A stretch of 64,000 nt of DNA from an uncultured Gammaproteobacteria bacterium (GTDB taxonomy: Bacteria > Patescibacteriota > Patescibacteriia > 2-12-FULL-57-11). A model generated the notes under the pieces. The model did no database searches and was not told the DNA's origin. It was given only the letters and a program-made list of their open reading frames with translations. Numbering within the stretch: the first letter of the stretch is position 1; every line of letters starts with the position of its first letter. This document shows positions 15,855 through 25,636 of the stretch, piece after piece. Where the stretch lies: assembly GCA_964648865.1 (NCBI GenBank), contig CAZYLV010000005.1, positions 6,360-70,359 on the forward strand. The letters are read 5' to 3'. Both the position numbers and the translations under genes were made by a program.

Positions 15855-16586
15855 TCACCCGTTGCCGAAGCGCTTTTCCTTGGTCCGCCTGAGGATGTCG
15901 AAGGCCTCGTGGATGTCGTTGGCGATGGTATAGATCGCCAGGTCGCCCTTGTCGATGGCGTAGTGCTCGCCGAGGACGTGGTGCCGGATCCAACCGTCGA
16001 GCGACCCCCAGTAGTCCCTGCCGACGCAGACGATCTTGATGGGCTCGACCTTCTTGGTCTGGACCAGCGTCACCAGCTCGAAGAACTCGTCGAGGGTGCC
16101 GAAGCCGCCGGGGAAGAAGACGTATGCTTGCGCGGAGATCGAGAGCATGACCTTCCGCGTGAAGAAATAATGGAAGGCCCGCGAGCGCCTGACCCACGGG
16201 TTGGTGCGCTGCTCGTTGGGGAGCTGGATGTTGAGGCCGACCGACTCCCCGCCGCCTTCCACGGCCCCGCGGTTGGCGGCTTCCATGATGCCCGGTCCGC
16301 CGCCGGTGATGACGGTGAAGCCGTCCTCCGCCAGCATCTTGGCGAGCTGCCGGGCTTCCTCGTAATGGTGGTTGGTCTCGCGGAAGCGCGCCGAGCCGAA
16401 GAACGACACCTCGCGGCGCAGCTCGTAGAGGAACTCGAAGCCCTCCACGAACTCCGACATGATGCGGAAGATGCGCCACGAGAACTCCTTGCGGAAATCG
16501 GGGGAGGGCTGGCCGCCTTCCGACGGCACGATGTTGCGGCAGATGCGGGCCAGCTCCTGGTCGGACGGGGCGCGGCGCTTGGGCAT
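15855..16586 (-). CDS. LOG family protein (cytokinin riboside 5'-monophosphate phosphoribohydrolase-like, TIGR00730)
   Basis: 'FGSARFRE', 'VITGGGPGIMEAANRGA', 'VGLNIQLPNEQ' and 'FFPGGFGTLDEFFE' are LOG motifs. Start set at the second in-frame Met ('MPKRRAPSD') so it does not overlap era. Confidence 0.8.
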   Translation of the reverse strand: MPKRRAPSDQELARICRNIVPSEGGQPSPDFRKEFSWRIFRIMSEFVEGFEFLYELRREVSFFGSARFRETNHHYEEARQLAKMLAEDGFTVITGGGPGIMEAANRGAVEGGGESVGLNIQLPNEQRTNPWVRRSRAFHYFFTRKVMLSISAQAYVFFPGGFGTLDEFFELVTLVQTKKVEPIKIVCVGRDYWGSLDGWIRHHVLGEHYAIDKGDLAIYTIANDIHEAFDILRRTKEKRFGNG

Positions 16587-16602
16587 ACGCCGCCAGTATA
16601 CC

Positions 16603-17484
16603 TCAGGCCGCGCCGCGGCGCAGCCAATCCGGATCCACGTCGACCTCGAGCTCCAGGAAGACGCGCACATCGAGGACCTGCTCCAGCTCCTTGCGCGCCG
16701 CCCAGCCGATCTCCTTGATCTTGCGGCCGCCGGCGCCGATGATCATGCGCTTGTACTGCGGCGCGCCGGTGAGGATACGCGCCTTGATGTAGCGGATGGG
16801 CTCGCCCTCCTTCGTCTTGCGGTCTTCGATCTCGTCGATGGCCACGGCCGTGGAGTAGGGGATCTCCTCGTGCAGCTGCAGGAAGACCTTCTCGCGGATG
16901 AGCTCGGACAGCCAGAACCGATGGTCGACGTTGGAGAATTGGAACTCCGGATAGAACGGCTCCCCCACGGGGAGCAACGTGAAGGCCGCGTCGAGCAGCG
17001 GCTTGAGGTTGCGATGGCGCAGCGCCGAGATCTCCACCACGCGGTCGAAGCGCTCCGCCAGGCCGCGATACTCCTCGATGAACGGCGTGTCGTGCAGGTC
17101 GGTCTTGTTGATGGCCAGGATCTTGGGCGCCTCCACCCCTTCCAGCATGCGCTGGACGATGCGCTCCTCGTTGCCGATCTCGCGCGTCGGGTCGACGACG
17201 TAGACGACGAGATCGATGCCCTGGAGGGCGTCCCGCGCCGCGGCGTTGAGCCGCTTGGTGAGCGCGTCGCGGGCCATCTCGAAGACGCCAGGCGTGTCCA
17301 CGAAGACGATCTGCCCGCGCGGATCGTGGACGATGCCCTGGATGGCCTGCCGCGTGGTCTGCGGCTTGGGCGTGGTGATGGCCACCTTGGTGCCGACCAG
17401 CGCGTTCAGGAGCGTCGACTTGCCCACGTTGGAGCGGCCGACGAGCACGGCGAAGCCGGATTTCTTCTGGGGAGCGTCTGTCAT
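16603..17484 (-). CDS. era: GTPase Era
   Basis: 'GRSNVGKSTLLN' (G1), 'DTPG' (G3), 'NKTD' (G4), and a C-terminal KH domain 'VDHRFWLSELIREKV..IIGAGGRKIKEIG'. 293 aa from the ATG at 17484. Confidence 0.9.
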   Translation of the reverse strand: MTDAPQKKSGFAVLVGRSNVGKSTLLNALVGTKVAITTPKPQTTRQAIQGIVHDPRGQIVFVDTPGVFEMARDALTKRLNAAARDALQGIDLVVYVVDPTREIGNEERIVQRMLEGVEAPKILAINKTDLHDTPFIEEYRGLAERFDRVVEISALRHRNLKPLLDAAFTLLPVGEPFYPEFQFSNVDHRFWLSELIREKVFLQLHEEIPYSTAVAIDEIEDRKTKEGEPIRYIKARILTGAPQYKRMIIGAGGRKIKEIGWAARKELEQVLDVRVFLELEVDVDPDWLRRGAA

Positions 17485-17504
17485 GCGGTGTGTGTACAGG
17501 AGGA

Positions 17505-18839
17505 TCAGCGCCGACGCAAGTGGACCACCGCCTCCACATGCGGCGTGTGCGGGAAGAGGTCGACGAGCCGCACGGCGGCCACGTCGTAGGCCTGGGTCAG
17601 CACCGGCAGTTCCCGTGCCAGGGCGCGGTAGTTGCAGGAGACGTAGACGGCCTCCGGCGGGGCGTGCTCGACGAGCGTCTTGACGACGCGCGGGTGCAGC
17701 CCGGCGCGCGGCGGATCGAGCACCACGGCGTCCGCCGCCTCCAGCATCCCGGCCAACGCCGTCGACGGGCGCGTGACGACGTCCTCGATCTTGGAGGCCT
17801 CGAACGCGGCGTTGGCGATGCCGTTGGTCCGGGCGTTGTCCGCCGCAAGCGCGACGGCGTCGGCGTCCACTTCGACCCCGCGCACGCTGCCGAAGCGGGC
17901 AGCCAGGCACAGCCCTATGGCGCCGACGCCGCAGTAGAGGTCGAGGAGGGTCTGCCGCGCGCGGTCGCCGCCGAGCAGCGCATCGACGTGGGCGATGACG
18001 CGCTCGGCCCCGGCGCTGTTGGTCTGGAAGAAGCTGTTGGGGCGGATGGCGAAGGTCTTGCCGAGGAGCCGTTCGCGGAACTCCAGCGCGCCATGCAGGA
18101 CGCGGAAGGTCTCGGCCAGGGAAAGGTCGGTGCGCTTGGGCTGCGTGCCGTGGACGATGGAGGAGGCGAGCGGGGAGAGGCGCGCCACAAGATCCTCGGC
18201 GGCGGCATCCGGCAACGGTTCGGCGCCGGTCACCAGGTTCACGAGCCGCTCGCCGGTCCGCTTGCCTTCGCGGATCATCAGGTAGCGCAGGAGTCCCTCT
18301 TCCTTCCGCGCGTCCCAGAAGGTCAGCGCGTGCTTCCTGGCCCACAGGCGGACCTCCGCGAGGATGCGCGGGGCCTCCGGGGAGAGAAGGAAGCACTCCG
18401 TGAGGTCGAGGACGCTCCACCATTTCTCCGGCTCCTTCAATCCGAGTGCGCCGTCCGTACCGAAGACGTAGTCCATCCTGTTGCGGTAGTAGAACACGTC
18501 CGGACTGGGTTCCGGTTCGGGGATGTCGAGCGTCGGCAGCGCCGCAGCCACGAGCGTCCGTTTCCACCGCAGCTGCGCGGCGTAGTCCATCTGCTGCCAG
18601 GCGCAGCCGCCGCAGCGTCCCGAAAAGGGGCAACGCGGCGTCACGCGCTCCGGAGCGGGGGAGACGACCTGCGCGTCCAGGAAGTGGAAGCCGTCGGCGC
18701 GGCGGCGTACCGTGCCCGAGACCTCGTCGCCCGGTACGGCAAAGCGGACGGCGAATGTCCGTCCGTCCTTCCCGAAGACGCCCGGGCCTTCGGGGAGCAG
18801 CTTCTCGATCGCGCCATCGACCTTGGTGCCGAATTTCAT
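17505..18839 (-). CDS. 23S rRNA (uracil-5)-methyltransferase RlmD/RumA-like (TRAM + 4Fe-4S + SAM MTase)
   Basis: 'CPFSGRCGGCAWQ' Fe-S cluster motif, 'LDLYCGVGAIGL' SAM motif I, 'VVLDPPRAG' motif IV. Start at Met 'MKFGTKVDG'. Confidence 0.75.
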   Translation of the reverse strand: MKFGTKVDGAIEKLLPEGPGVFGKDGRTFAVRFAVPGDEVSGTVRRRADGFHFLDAQVVSPAPERVTPRCPFSGRCGGCAWQQMDYAAQLRWKRTLVAAALPTLDIPEPEPSPDVFYYRNRMDYVFGTDGALGLKEPEKWWSVLDLTECFLLSPEAPRILAEVRLWARKHALTFWDARKEEGLLRYLMIREGKRTGERLVNLVTGAEPLPDAAAEDLVARLSPLASSIVHGTQPKRTDLSLAETFRVLHGALEFRERLLGKTFAIRPNSFFQTNSAGAERVIAHVDALLGGDRARQTLLDLYCGVGAIGLCLAARFGSVRGVEVDADAVALAADNARTNGIANAAFEASKIEDVVTRPSTALAGMLEAADAVVLDPPRAGLHPRVVKTLVEHAPPEAVYVSCNYRALARELPVLTQAYDVAAVRLVDLFPHTPHVEAVVHLRRR

Positions 18840-18950
18840 GCGACGAGCATACGCGGGTTGACGGCCGCTGTCACCAGCCGTACCGTCGCGGCGTCTATTT
18901 TCATGCCTCGACAACGGCGCTCGGAGATGCTATCTTGGGAGTGATCCGCT

Positions 18951-19685
18951 ATGTTGAGCGTCGTCATCCCGACCTACAACGAGGAAGCCTTTCTTCCTCG
19001 TCTTTTGGATTCCCTGCGCCGCCAGACCTGGCGCGACATGGAGATCGTCGTGGCCGATGCGCATTCCACGGACCGCACCCGTGAGTTGGCGCTTGCCGCG
19101 GGCTGCAGGGTCGTCGACGGCGGCATGCCGGCCGCCGGCCGCAACCTCGGCGCCGCCGCGGCCATGGGGGAGTACATGCTCTTCCTGGACGCCGACGTGG
19201 CGCTGCCGGACCCGCGCTTCGTGGAGACCTTCGTGCGCCGGGTCAAGGCGCGCGGCTTGGACGTGGCCACCTGCCCCATCGAGCCGATGTCCGACCGGCT
19301 CGTGGACCGCGTCTCGCACGGCCTCTATAACGGCTACATGACGGCCACCGAGCGCGTCTTCCCGCACGCCCACGGCTTCTGCATCATGGCCCGCCGCGCG
19401 GCGCACGCCGCCATCGGCGGCTTCGACGAGACGGTCCGTCTGGCCGAGGATCACGACTACGCCCAGCGCGCCGCCCGCGCAGGGTTCCGCTTCGGCATCG
19501 TCCGCTCGCTGCGCATCCCCGTCTCGACCCGCCGCATGCGCCGCGACGGGTATCTCTCCATCGCCGCGCGCTACGTGCTGTGCGAGCTGCACATGTTGGC
19601 CCTCGGCCCGGTCAAGACCGACATCTTCCGCTACCGGTTCGGCTACACCAAGGACGTGGTGGAGGGCGAAGGTCCCCATGGCTGA
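18951..19685 (+). CDS. family 2 glycosyltransferase
   Basis: 'LSVVIPTYNEEAFLPRLLDSL', 'FLDADV' (DxD) and 'ED.D' are GT2 hallmarks. Confidence 0.8.
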   Translation: MLSVVIPTYNEEAFLPRLLDSLRRQTWRDMEIVVADAHSTDRTRELALAAGCRVVDGGMPAAGRNLGAAAAMGEYMLFLDADVALPDPRFVETFVRRVKARGLDVATCPIEPMSDRLVDRVSHGLYNGYMTATERVFPHAHGFCIMARRAAHAAIGGFDETVRLAEDHDYAQRAARAGFRFGIVRSLRIPVSTRRMRRDGYLSIAARYVLCELHMLALGPVKTDIFRYRFGYTKDVVEGEGPHG

Positions 19686-19998
19686 GGTCCGCATCCCGCT
19701 CGGGCCGCTCGCCGCGTTGCCCGAGGGCGTCCTGCGGCGTTTCCCGGCCGGTTTCCGCGGCGTTTGGGTGCGGCGCCGGGGCGACGTCGTGGTGGGCTAC
19801 TGGGACAGCTGCACCCACCAAGCCGGCGCGTTGCGGCCGCAAGGGGACCGCATGGTCTGCACACGCCACCAGGCCACGTTCGACGCCGTATCCGGCGAGC
19901 GGCTCTCCGGTGAGGCGCCGGAAGGCAGCAGGCTCTCCCGTGCCGAACTGCGCGTCGAGGACGGCGCGCTCATCCTCGTGATGCCCATCAACGATTGA
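19678..19998 (+). CDS. Rieske [2Fe-2S] domain protein
   Basis: 'CTHQ' ... 'CTRH' forms the CxH..CxxH ligand pair. 106 aa. ATG overlaps the GT2 stop (ATGGCTGA). Confidence 0.7.
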   Translation: MAEVRIPLGPLAALPEGVLRRFPAGFRGVWVRRRGDVVVGYWDSCTHQAGALRPQGDRMVCTRHQATFDAVSGERLSGEAPEGSRLSRAELRVEDGALILVMPIND

Positions 19999-20008
19999 CC
20001 ATCGGCCT

Positions 20009-21202
20009 ATGCGCGCGACAAGGGGGATCCTCATGGGAGTCTTGGCCGCGGCCGCGCTCGCGGCGCCGGCCTCGGCCGCCCAATACGATTACGACCTGGG
20101 CGTCTACAACAGCACCATTTCTTTCTCCAAGACGACGCTCCTCGCCGGCGACAACATCCGCGTCTACGCCCGCATCAAGAACGAGGGCAACCTGGACGTC
20201 TCCGGGTATGCAAGCTTCTTCCAGTCGAACCAGCTGATCGGCCAGTCGCAGGTCATCTCGGTGCGCGCCGGCGGCCAGGACGAGGAGGTCTGGGTCGATT
20301 TCACGGTGCCCGACAACGACTTCAACATCCGCGTCCACATCCAGGGCACCGATCCGCAGGACCAGAACCCGGCCAACGACGTGGCCGTCTCCGCGATGTT
20401 CACCGTGGTCAAGGACGGCGACGGCGACGGTATCGCGGACGGCAGCGACAACTGCCCGACGGTCGCCAACGCGGACCAGCGCGATACGGACGGCGACGGC
20501 CAGGGTGACGCCTGCGACACCGACGACGACAACGACGGCGTGCCGGACGCCAACGAGGGCAACCTCGGCACGTCGCCGACCGACCCCGACTCGGACGGCG
20601 ACGGCGTCGACGACGGCAGTGACGCCTTCCCGTCCGACCCCACCAAGAGCGCCACGCCCCCGCCCGCGTCACCGCCGGGCCCGTCCTCGACACCGGAACC
20701 GCCCCCGCCCGCGCCCGCGGCGGAAGAAGAGGAGTCCGCGGCTCCGGCATCATCGGACGATGAAGAGGCGGTCACCTCGGAAGGCGAGGGGAGCGCCACC
20801 GGCACGCCGGAGACCGTGGACGTGGGCAGCGCCACCGGCACGCTGGCTTTGCCTCCGGTGGCCGCCATCTCCAGCCAGCGCATCGGCTGGGACACCTATC
20901 GTTTCGTCGCCAAGGAGGCGGACGGCGGCCGCGGGTCCTCCGTGCACTGGGACTTCGGCGACGGCGCGAGCCAGGACGGCACCGACGTCGAGCATCGCTT
21001 CCGGAAGCCGGGGACGTATGACGTGGAGCTGCTGGTGACCGCCGCGGACGGGCGGCAGGCGCGCGACACGCTGCGCGTGCGCATCCCGTTCTTCGACGTG
21101 CGCAACTGGCGGTTGCTGGCGCTGCTCGGGCTTGTCGGCGCCACGGCCGTGGGCATGGTGGCGCTCGCGGAAGGCGCCCGGCGTCGGGCGGAAAAGGGAT
21201 GA
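20009..21202 (+). CDS. secreted CARDB / thrombospondin-type-3 Ca-binding repeat / PKD domain protein with C-terminal TM anchor
   Basis: Signal peptide. '[35 protein letters not shown]' TSP3-like repeats. '[32 protein letters not shown]' PKD motif. Terminal hydrophobic segment. Confidence 0.7.
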   Translation: MRATRGILMGVLAAAALAAPASAAQYDYDLGVYNSTISFSKTTLLAGDNIRVYARIKNEGNLDVSGYASFFQSNQLIGQSQVISVRAGGQDEEVWVDFTVPDNDFNIRVHIQGTDPQDQNPANDVAVSAMFTVVKDGDGDGIADGSDNCPTVANADQRDTDGDGQGDACDTDDDNDGVPDANEGNLGTSPTDPDSDGDGVDDGSDAFPSDPTKSATPPPASPPGPSSTPEPPPPAPAAEEEESAAPASSDDEEAVTSEGEGSATGTPETVDVGSATGTLALPPVAAISSQRIGWDTYRFVAKEADGGRGSSVHWDFGDGASQDGTDVEHRFRKPGTYDVELLVTAADGRQARDTLRVRIPFFDVRNWRLLALLGLVGATAVGMVALAEGARRRAEKG

Positions 21203-22866
21203 TCGCCAAGCTCCTGTCGCGCGAATCGGCCAGCATGACCGGCGCGGCGCTCCTCATCGGCGCCGCGTCCCTGTTTTCGCGCGTGCTCGGCGTGGTCCGC
21301 GAGAGGCTGCTCGTGTCGACCTTCGGCGTCGGTCCGGATCTCGACGCCTACTACGCCGCGTTCCAGGTCCCCAACATGGTCTACAACCTGCTGGTCCTCG
21401 GCACGCTCTCTGTGGCTTTCATCCCGGTCTTCGTGGGCCTGCGCGAGAAGGACGAGGCCGAGGCCTGGCGCTTCGCCAGCGGCGTGCTCGGCCTGACGAC
21501 CCTGGTGATGGGCGCGCTCGGCGCGCTCATCGTGCTCTTCGCCGGGCCGCTCACGGCGCTCGCCGTGCCCGGCTTCGCTCCCGCCCAGCAGGCGCTCGTC
21601 GCGCAGCTCTCGCAGGTCCTTGCCGTGGGCATCGTCCTCTTCGCCATCTCAAACGTCTTCGGTTCCGTGCTCAACGCGCGCAAGCGTTTCCTTGCCGTCG
21701 CCCTGGCGCCGCTCGTCTACAACGTCAGCATCATCGTCGGGTTGGCGGTGACGCGCGACGTGCACGGCGTGGTCTGGAGCGCCACGCTGGGGGCCGGCCT
21801 GCATGCGCTCATCCAGTTCTCGGCGGCCAGCGGGGCCGGGTGGCGGTTCGTGCCGACCTTGGCGCTCGGTACCGCCGCCATGCGCGAGTTCCTGCGGCTG
21901 TTCTTCCCGCGCATCTGGGGGATCGACATCTCGCAGGTCAGCGTCTTCGTCGGCACGGCCGTCGGCTCGGCGCTGGCCGCCGGCTCGGTGGCGCTGTTCA
22001 ACGTCGCCAACAACATCCAGACCGTGCCGGTGGCGGTCTTCGGCTACGCCTTCGCCATCGCCGCCTTCCCGTCGCTGACCGAGGCGCTGGCCCGCAAGGA
22101 CAAGGAGAGCTTCGTGCGGAGCTTCGGCGCGGCGGCGCGGCAGACGGCCTTCTTCCTGCTGCCGCTCGGGCTGCTGACCATCGTGCTGCGGGCCCACATC
22201 GTGCGGCTCATCATCGGGACGCGCCAGCTCTCCTGGGACGACACGCGCCTGGCCGCCGCGGCCCTGGCGCTCTTCGCGTTGACGCTCTTCCTGCAGGGGT
22301 TGGCGCCGCTCTTCTCGCGCGCCTTCTACGCGATGAAGAACACCTGGATCCCGGTCCTGGTCTCGGCCGTCGCCGTGGCCGTCAACATCACCCTGGCGTA
22401 CGGCTTCTTGCGGTTCCTGGCGCGCGGCGGCGCCTGGGTCGACGCGCTCATCGCGCTGCTCAGGCTCGAGGGCATCGCCGACGTGCGGATGCTGGCCTTG
22501 CCTCTCGCCTTTTCCACGGCCGTGACCGTCCAGGTGTCGGTCCTGGCCGTGGTGTTGCGGCTGCGCTTCGGCAGCTTCGGCGGGCGCCGTCTGGCCCTGT
22601 CCGCGGTCAAGATGCTGGCGGCGTCCCTGGCGGCGGCCGTGGCCGCGTATCTCGGCCTGCTGGCCGCGGAGACCCTGGCGCTGACGCGCACCGGGCTCGG
22701 CTTGCTCGGGCAGTTCGCTGTCGCGGCAGGGGCGGGGCTCGCCACGTATCTGGCCGTCGCCGTGGCCGTGCGCAGCGAGGAGGCGGCGCTCTTCTTGGCC
22801 GCGGCGCAGCGGCGCGTCCTGCGCATCACCCGACCCGTCGGCGTCGGCGAGGGGGAGCGGCTCTAG
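21199..22866 (+). CDS. murJ: lipid II flippase MurJ (MviN)
   Basis: '[42 protein letters not shown]' is a typical MurJ N-terminus. About 14 TM helices. Confidence 0.85.
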   Translation: MIAKLLSRESASMTGAALLIGAASLFSRVLGVVRERLLVSTFGVGPDLDAYYAAFQVPNMVYNLLVLGTLSVAFIPVFVGLREKDEAEAWRFASGVLGLTTLVMGALGALIVLFAGPLTALAVPGFAPAQQALVAQLSQVLAVGIVLFAISNVFGSVLNARKRFLAVALAPLVYNVSIIVGLAVTRDVHGVVWSATLGAGLHALIQFSAASGAGWRFVPTLALGTAAMREFLRLFFPRIWGIDISQVSVFVGTAVGSALAAGSVALFNVANNIQTVPVAVFGYAFAIAAFPSLTEALARKDKESFVRSFGAAARQTAFFLLPLGLLTIVLRAHIVRLIIGTRQLSWDDTRLAAAALALFALTLFLQGLAPLFSRAFYAMKNTWIPVLVSAVAVAVNITLAYGFLRFLARGGAWVDALIALLRLEGIADVRMLALPLAFSTAVTVQVSVLAVVLRLRFGSFGGRRLALSAVKMLAASLAAAVAAYLGLLAAETLALTRTGLGLLGQFAVAAGAGLATYLAVAVAVRSEEAALFLAAAQRRVLRITRPVGVGEGERL

Positions 22867-22868
22867 GG

Positions 22869-22897
22869 TTGACGGGACCGCGGTCGTCGGCTATACA
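22869..22897 (+). promoter_or_regulatory. sigma70-like promoter TTGACG-17-TATACA
   Basis: 17-nt spacer. Downstream SD GGAGGG lies 8 nt before ATG 22940. Confidence 0.55.
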
Positions 22898-22939
22898 GCG
22901 CGCATCGTCGTCATCGTGACGGCGGTGGAGGGTACGGAC

Positions 22940-24043
22940 ATGGGACAATTGCGGATCCTGGCGGTCGTCGGCGACGTCGGCGGGGCCACCGAGCTCCTGC
23001 CGGCGCTCGACATCCTGGCGCGCGAGCACAAGGTGACGACCGTCCTCGACCCGGCCGGCAAGGCCGGAGCGGTGCTGGAGAAGGCGGGTGTCGCGTGGGT
23101 CGCCCACGATCCCGCAGGAGGCGAGCTGCCGTTCTGCGACGTCGTCGCGGTCGGCACCAGCGCCACGGCCAACGGCGCGCAGGTCGCGATCAGCCGCCTG
23201 GCGCGTGCGGCGGGGATCCCGGTGGTCTGGGTCGAGGACCTGTACGGCTGCGGCTCGCGCATCCCGGAGGGGACGCGGGTCGCCTGCGCCCCGGACGTCT
23301 TCTGCGCCATCGACGAGGCCGCGGCGCGGATCGCGCGCGGCACCTGGCCCCACGCGCGGATCGCCGTCACCGGCAAGCCGTCCTGGAGCCACCTGCCCGC
23401 GATGCTGGCGCGGCGCGAGGGGATCCGCATGGCGGTGCGCCAGCGCCTCGGTCTCGTGCACGACGAGGTGCTGCTCACGCACTGGCAGGGCGGCATGGAC
23501 GCGGAGGTGGAGCGCCAGGCCTTCGACGTGATCCGCGGTTTGCGCATCATCCCCGGGCTGCGGGTGGCATTCCGGCCGCACGGCAAGCTCAAGCCGGATG
23601 CGGCGCGTGAGGCGATGATCGCCGAAGCGGCGCGCTGGGAGGGCTACGTCTGCGCCGGAGCCGTCCACGTCTCGCCCGCCGAGGAGCTGACCTTGGCCTC
23701 CGACCTCGTGGTCGCCGGGTGGGGCGGCACCCAAGGGTACAGCGCCGTCCTGGCCGGCGTGCCGACGGTCGTGGCTGCCTTCGGGGAGGCCGCGGCAGCG
23801 GAGATGCGTGCCATCGGCTATCCCGACGGGCTTCCCCCGCACGTCGCGGTCGGAGCGGCCCTCCTGGCGCGGACGCCCGCGCAGCTCCAGCGCCGTCTCG
23901 AGGAGGTGCTCTCCATGCGCGACGAAGCCGCCGCCGTGGTCTGCGTGCACCGTGACCCGCTCATGCCCGCGATCGACGGGCATGCCGCGCAGAAGATCGC
24001 CGCGGCCATCGTCGGGGCCGTCCCGCGGTCCCTCCGGCGCTAG
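22940..24043 (+). CDS. GT-B fold glycosyltransferase, MurG/GT28-like (divergent N-terminal G-loop)
   Basis: C-terminal 'ASDLVVAGWGGTQGYSAVLAGVPTVV' parallels MurG '[27 protein letters not shown]'. N-terminal 'ILAVVGDVGGATELLPA' sits in place of GGTGGH. Confidence 0.45.
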   Translation: MGQLRILAVVGDVGGATELLPALDILAREHKVTTVLDPAGKAGAVLEKAGVAWVAHDPAGGELPFCDVVAVGTSATANGAQVAISRLARAAGIPVVWVEDLYGCGSRIPEGTRVACAPDVFCAIDEAAARIARGTWPHARIAVTGKPSWSHLPAMLARREGIRMAVRQRLGLVHDEVLLTHWQGGMDAEVERQAFDVIRGLRIIPGLRVAFRPHGKLKPDAAREAMIAEAARWEGYVCAGAVHVSPAEELTLASDLVVAGWGGTQGYSAVLAGVPTVVAAFGEAAAAEMRAIGYPDGLPPHVAVGAALLARTPAQLQRRLEEVLSMRDEAAAVVCVHRDPLMPAIDGHAAQKIAAAIVGAVPRSLRR

Positions 24044-24062
24044 GCGCGGGCCGACGGTCCTG

Positions 24063-24090
24063 CGGACGTCTCCGGACGTCCGTCTTTTTT
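24063..24090 (+). terminator. rho-independent terminator (CGGACG-TCTCCGGA-CGTCCG + TCTTTTTT)
   Basis: Hairpin followed by a T-tract. Confidence 0.7.
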
Positions 24091-24141
24091 GACAGCCGGG
24101 ACGACGGCCCGTAGGGTGGCTGCGGAACAGGAGGAGGTTCC

Positions 24142-25233
24142 GTGTCGCACATCGAAATCCAACGTACCTGGGTGGTCGCGGACGTCGATCCGGACATCTA
24201 TCAGGGTCCCGGCGTCCACATCGTCCAGGGCTACCTGGTGACCCCGCCGGCCACCAGCCTGCGCGTCCGTGTCGTCCGATCGGGCGACGGCACGCGCGCC
24301 TTCATGACCGGCAAGCGCGGAATCGGCGCCGCGCGCAGCCACGAGGAGAACGAGCTTCCGGCGGCCTTCGCCGAGCGGCTGCTCGGGTACTGCATGTACC
24401 GCCTCGAGAAGCGCCGCTACACCTGCCAAGAGTGGGTCATCGACGTCTTCGAAGGGCGGCTCAAGGGCCTGGTGACGGCGCAGCGGGACTTCGAGCGGGT
24501 CGACCAGCCGTTCGTGCCGCCGGCGTGGATGACCCTGGGCCGTGAGGTCACGGGCTCGCTCACCAACCTGCACCTGGCCATGGCCGAGCACGACCTCGAT
24601 GAGGATGCCGCCGCCTGGGAGTCCATGGAACGGGCTTTGCCCGCGTCCCTGCCGCGGCTCGTGCTCACCGGCGGTCCGTGCTCCGGCAAGTCGAGCGTCA
24701 TGCGCGTCCTCGCAGGACGGTTCGCGGCGCAGGCGCACTTCGTCCCGGAGGTGGCCTCGATCCTCATCGCGCAGGTCGGCGTCCTGCCCCCTGCGAAGGG
24801 ACCGGACCAGCGGCGCTTCCAGCGCGTCATGGCCCGCGTCCAACGGAGCTTCGAGCTCGCGAGCAACGACCAGGCCATCCGTGACGGCAAGAAGGTGCTG
24901 ATCCTCGACCGCGGGACGCTCGACATCGCCGCGTACCTCGATGGCGGCGTGGGGGAGTACGAGGACATCATGCGTTGCACGGCGGAGGACGAGTACCGGG
25001 AGTACGCCAAGGTGCTGTTCCTCGCCCAGCCGCCCGAGGACGTCTACGGGCGCTACGCCGCCGACAATCCGGCGCGTCGCGAGAGCTACGACGAGGCGCT
25101 GGAGCTCTCGTCGGCCATCGAGGACGCCTGGGGGGAGCATCCGGACTTCACCATCGTCGACATGGACGCGTGGGACGAGAAGGTCGCCGCCGTCGTCCGC
25201 CATGTGGAGGAGTTCATCCGCAGGTACCGCTGA
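24142..25233 (+). CDS. CYTH (triphosphate tunnel metalloenzyme) domain fused to a P-loop kinase-like domain
   Basis: GTG start after GGAGGAGG. N-terminal 'HIEIQRTWVV' resembles the CYTH 'EIERKFLV' motif. 'LVLTGGPCSGKSSV' Walker A and 'LILDRGTLD' Walker B-like in the C-terminal half. Confidence 0.6.
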   Translation: MSHIEIQRTWVVADVDPDIYQGPGVHIVQGYLVTPPATSLRVRVVRSGDGTRAFMTGKRGIGAARSHEENELPAAFAERLLGYCMYRLEKRRYTCQEWVIDVFEGRLKGLVTAQRDFERVDQPFVPPAWMTLGREVTGSLTNLHLAMAEHDLDEDAAAWESMERALPASLPRLVLTGGPCSGKSSVMRVLAGRFAAQAHFVPEVASILIAQVGVLPPAKGPDQRRFQRVMARVQRSFELASNDQAIRDGKKVLILDRGTLDIAAYLDGGVGEYEDIMRCTAEDEYREYAKVLFLAQPPEDVYGRYAADNPARRESYDEALELSSAIEDAWGEHPDFTIVDMDAWDEKVAAVVRHVEEFIRRYR

Positions 25234-25254
25234 CCCCAGCGGTCTTTTTCTTTT
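25227..25254 (+). terminator. rho-independent terminator (CCGCTG-ACCC-CAGCGG + TCTTTTTCTTTT)
   Basis: Overlaps the CYTH gene stop codon. Confidence 0.8.
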
Positions 25255-25347
25255 CTGGCGCAGGAGCGCCGAAAAAGCCGATTACGAAGCTCATGAAAAA
25301 AGAAAGCAGCGCATGTGCGCTGCGTGGCGGCGAGACGATGTGTCTGT

Positions 25348-25508
25348 TCAGCAGCCGTCGCAGATTCCGATCGGCAGGTCGCGCGGCGGAGGTGGCGCGT
25401 CGTGCGTCATCCGGTCGACGAACCAGCTGGTCAGGATGCAGATGACCGCAACGAGGAGGATGCCGACAGGGTCCCGCGATCCGGGATGCTCATCGTCGTG
25501 CTGCTCCA
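25348..25508 (-). CDS. small membrane protein (53 aa), hypothetical
   Basis: 'MEQHDDEHPGSRDPVGILLVAVICILTSWFVDRMTHDAPPPPRDLPIGICDGC'. SD GGAGGAG lies ~14 nt upstream on the minus strand. Confidence 0.3.
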
Positions 25509-25636
25509 TGTCCGACTCCCGTTCTCCTCCAGGTACGTTCCCGAAGGTGCGAGGAAGATACGCCAAAAACCGCTTCTTGTCAACCCAAAAAGGGTCTGGA
25601 AAGAAACGGGGAAAGCGCGTATAGTCCGGCCGACGT

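Noticed and set aside
16603-18633. 676-aa minus-strand ORF
   Set aside because: It is era (293 aa from ATG 17484) extended upstream through the rlmD-like coding region in a different frame. The upstream portion has no motifs. The real neighbouring gene is 17505..18839 in another frame.
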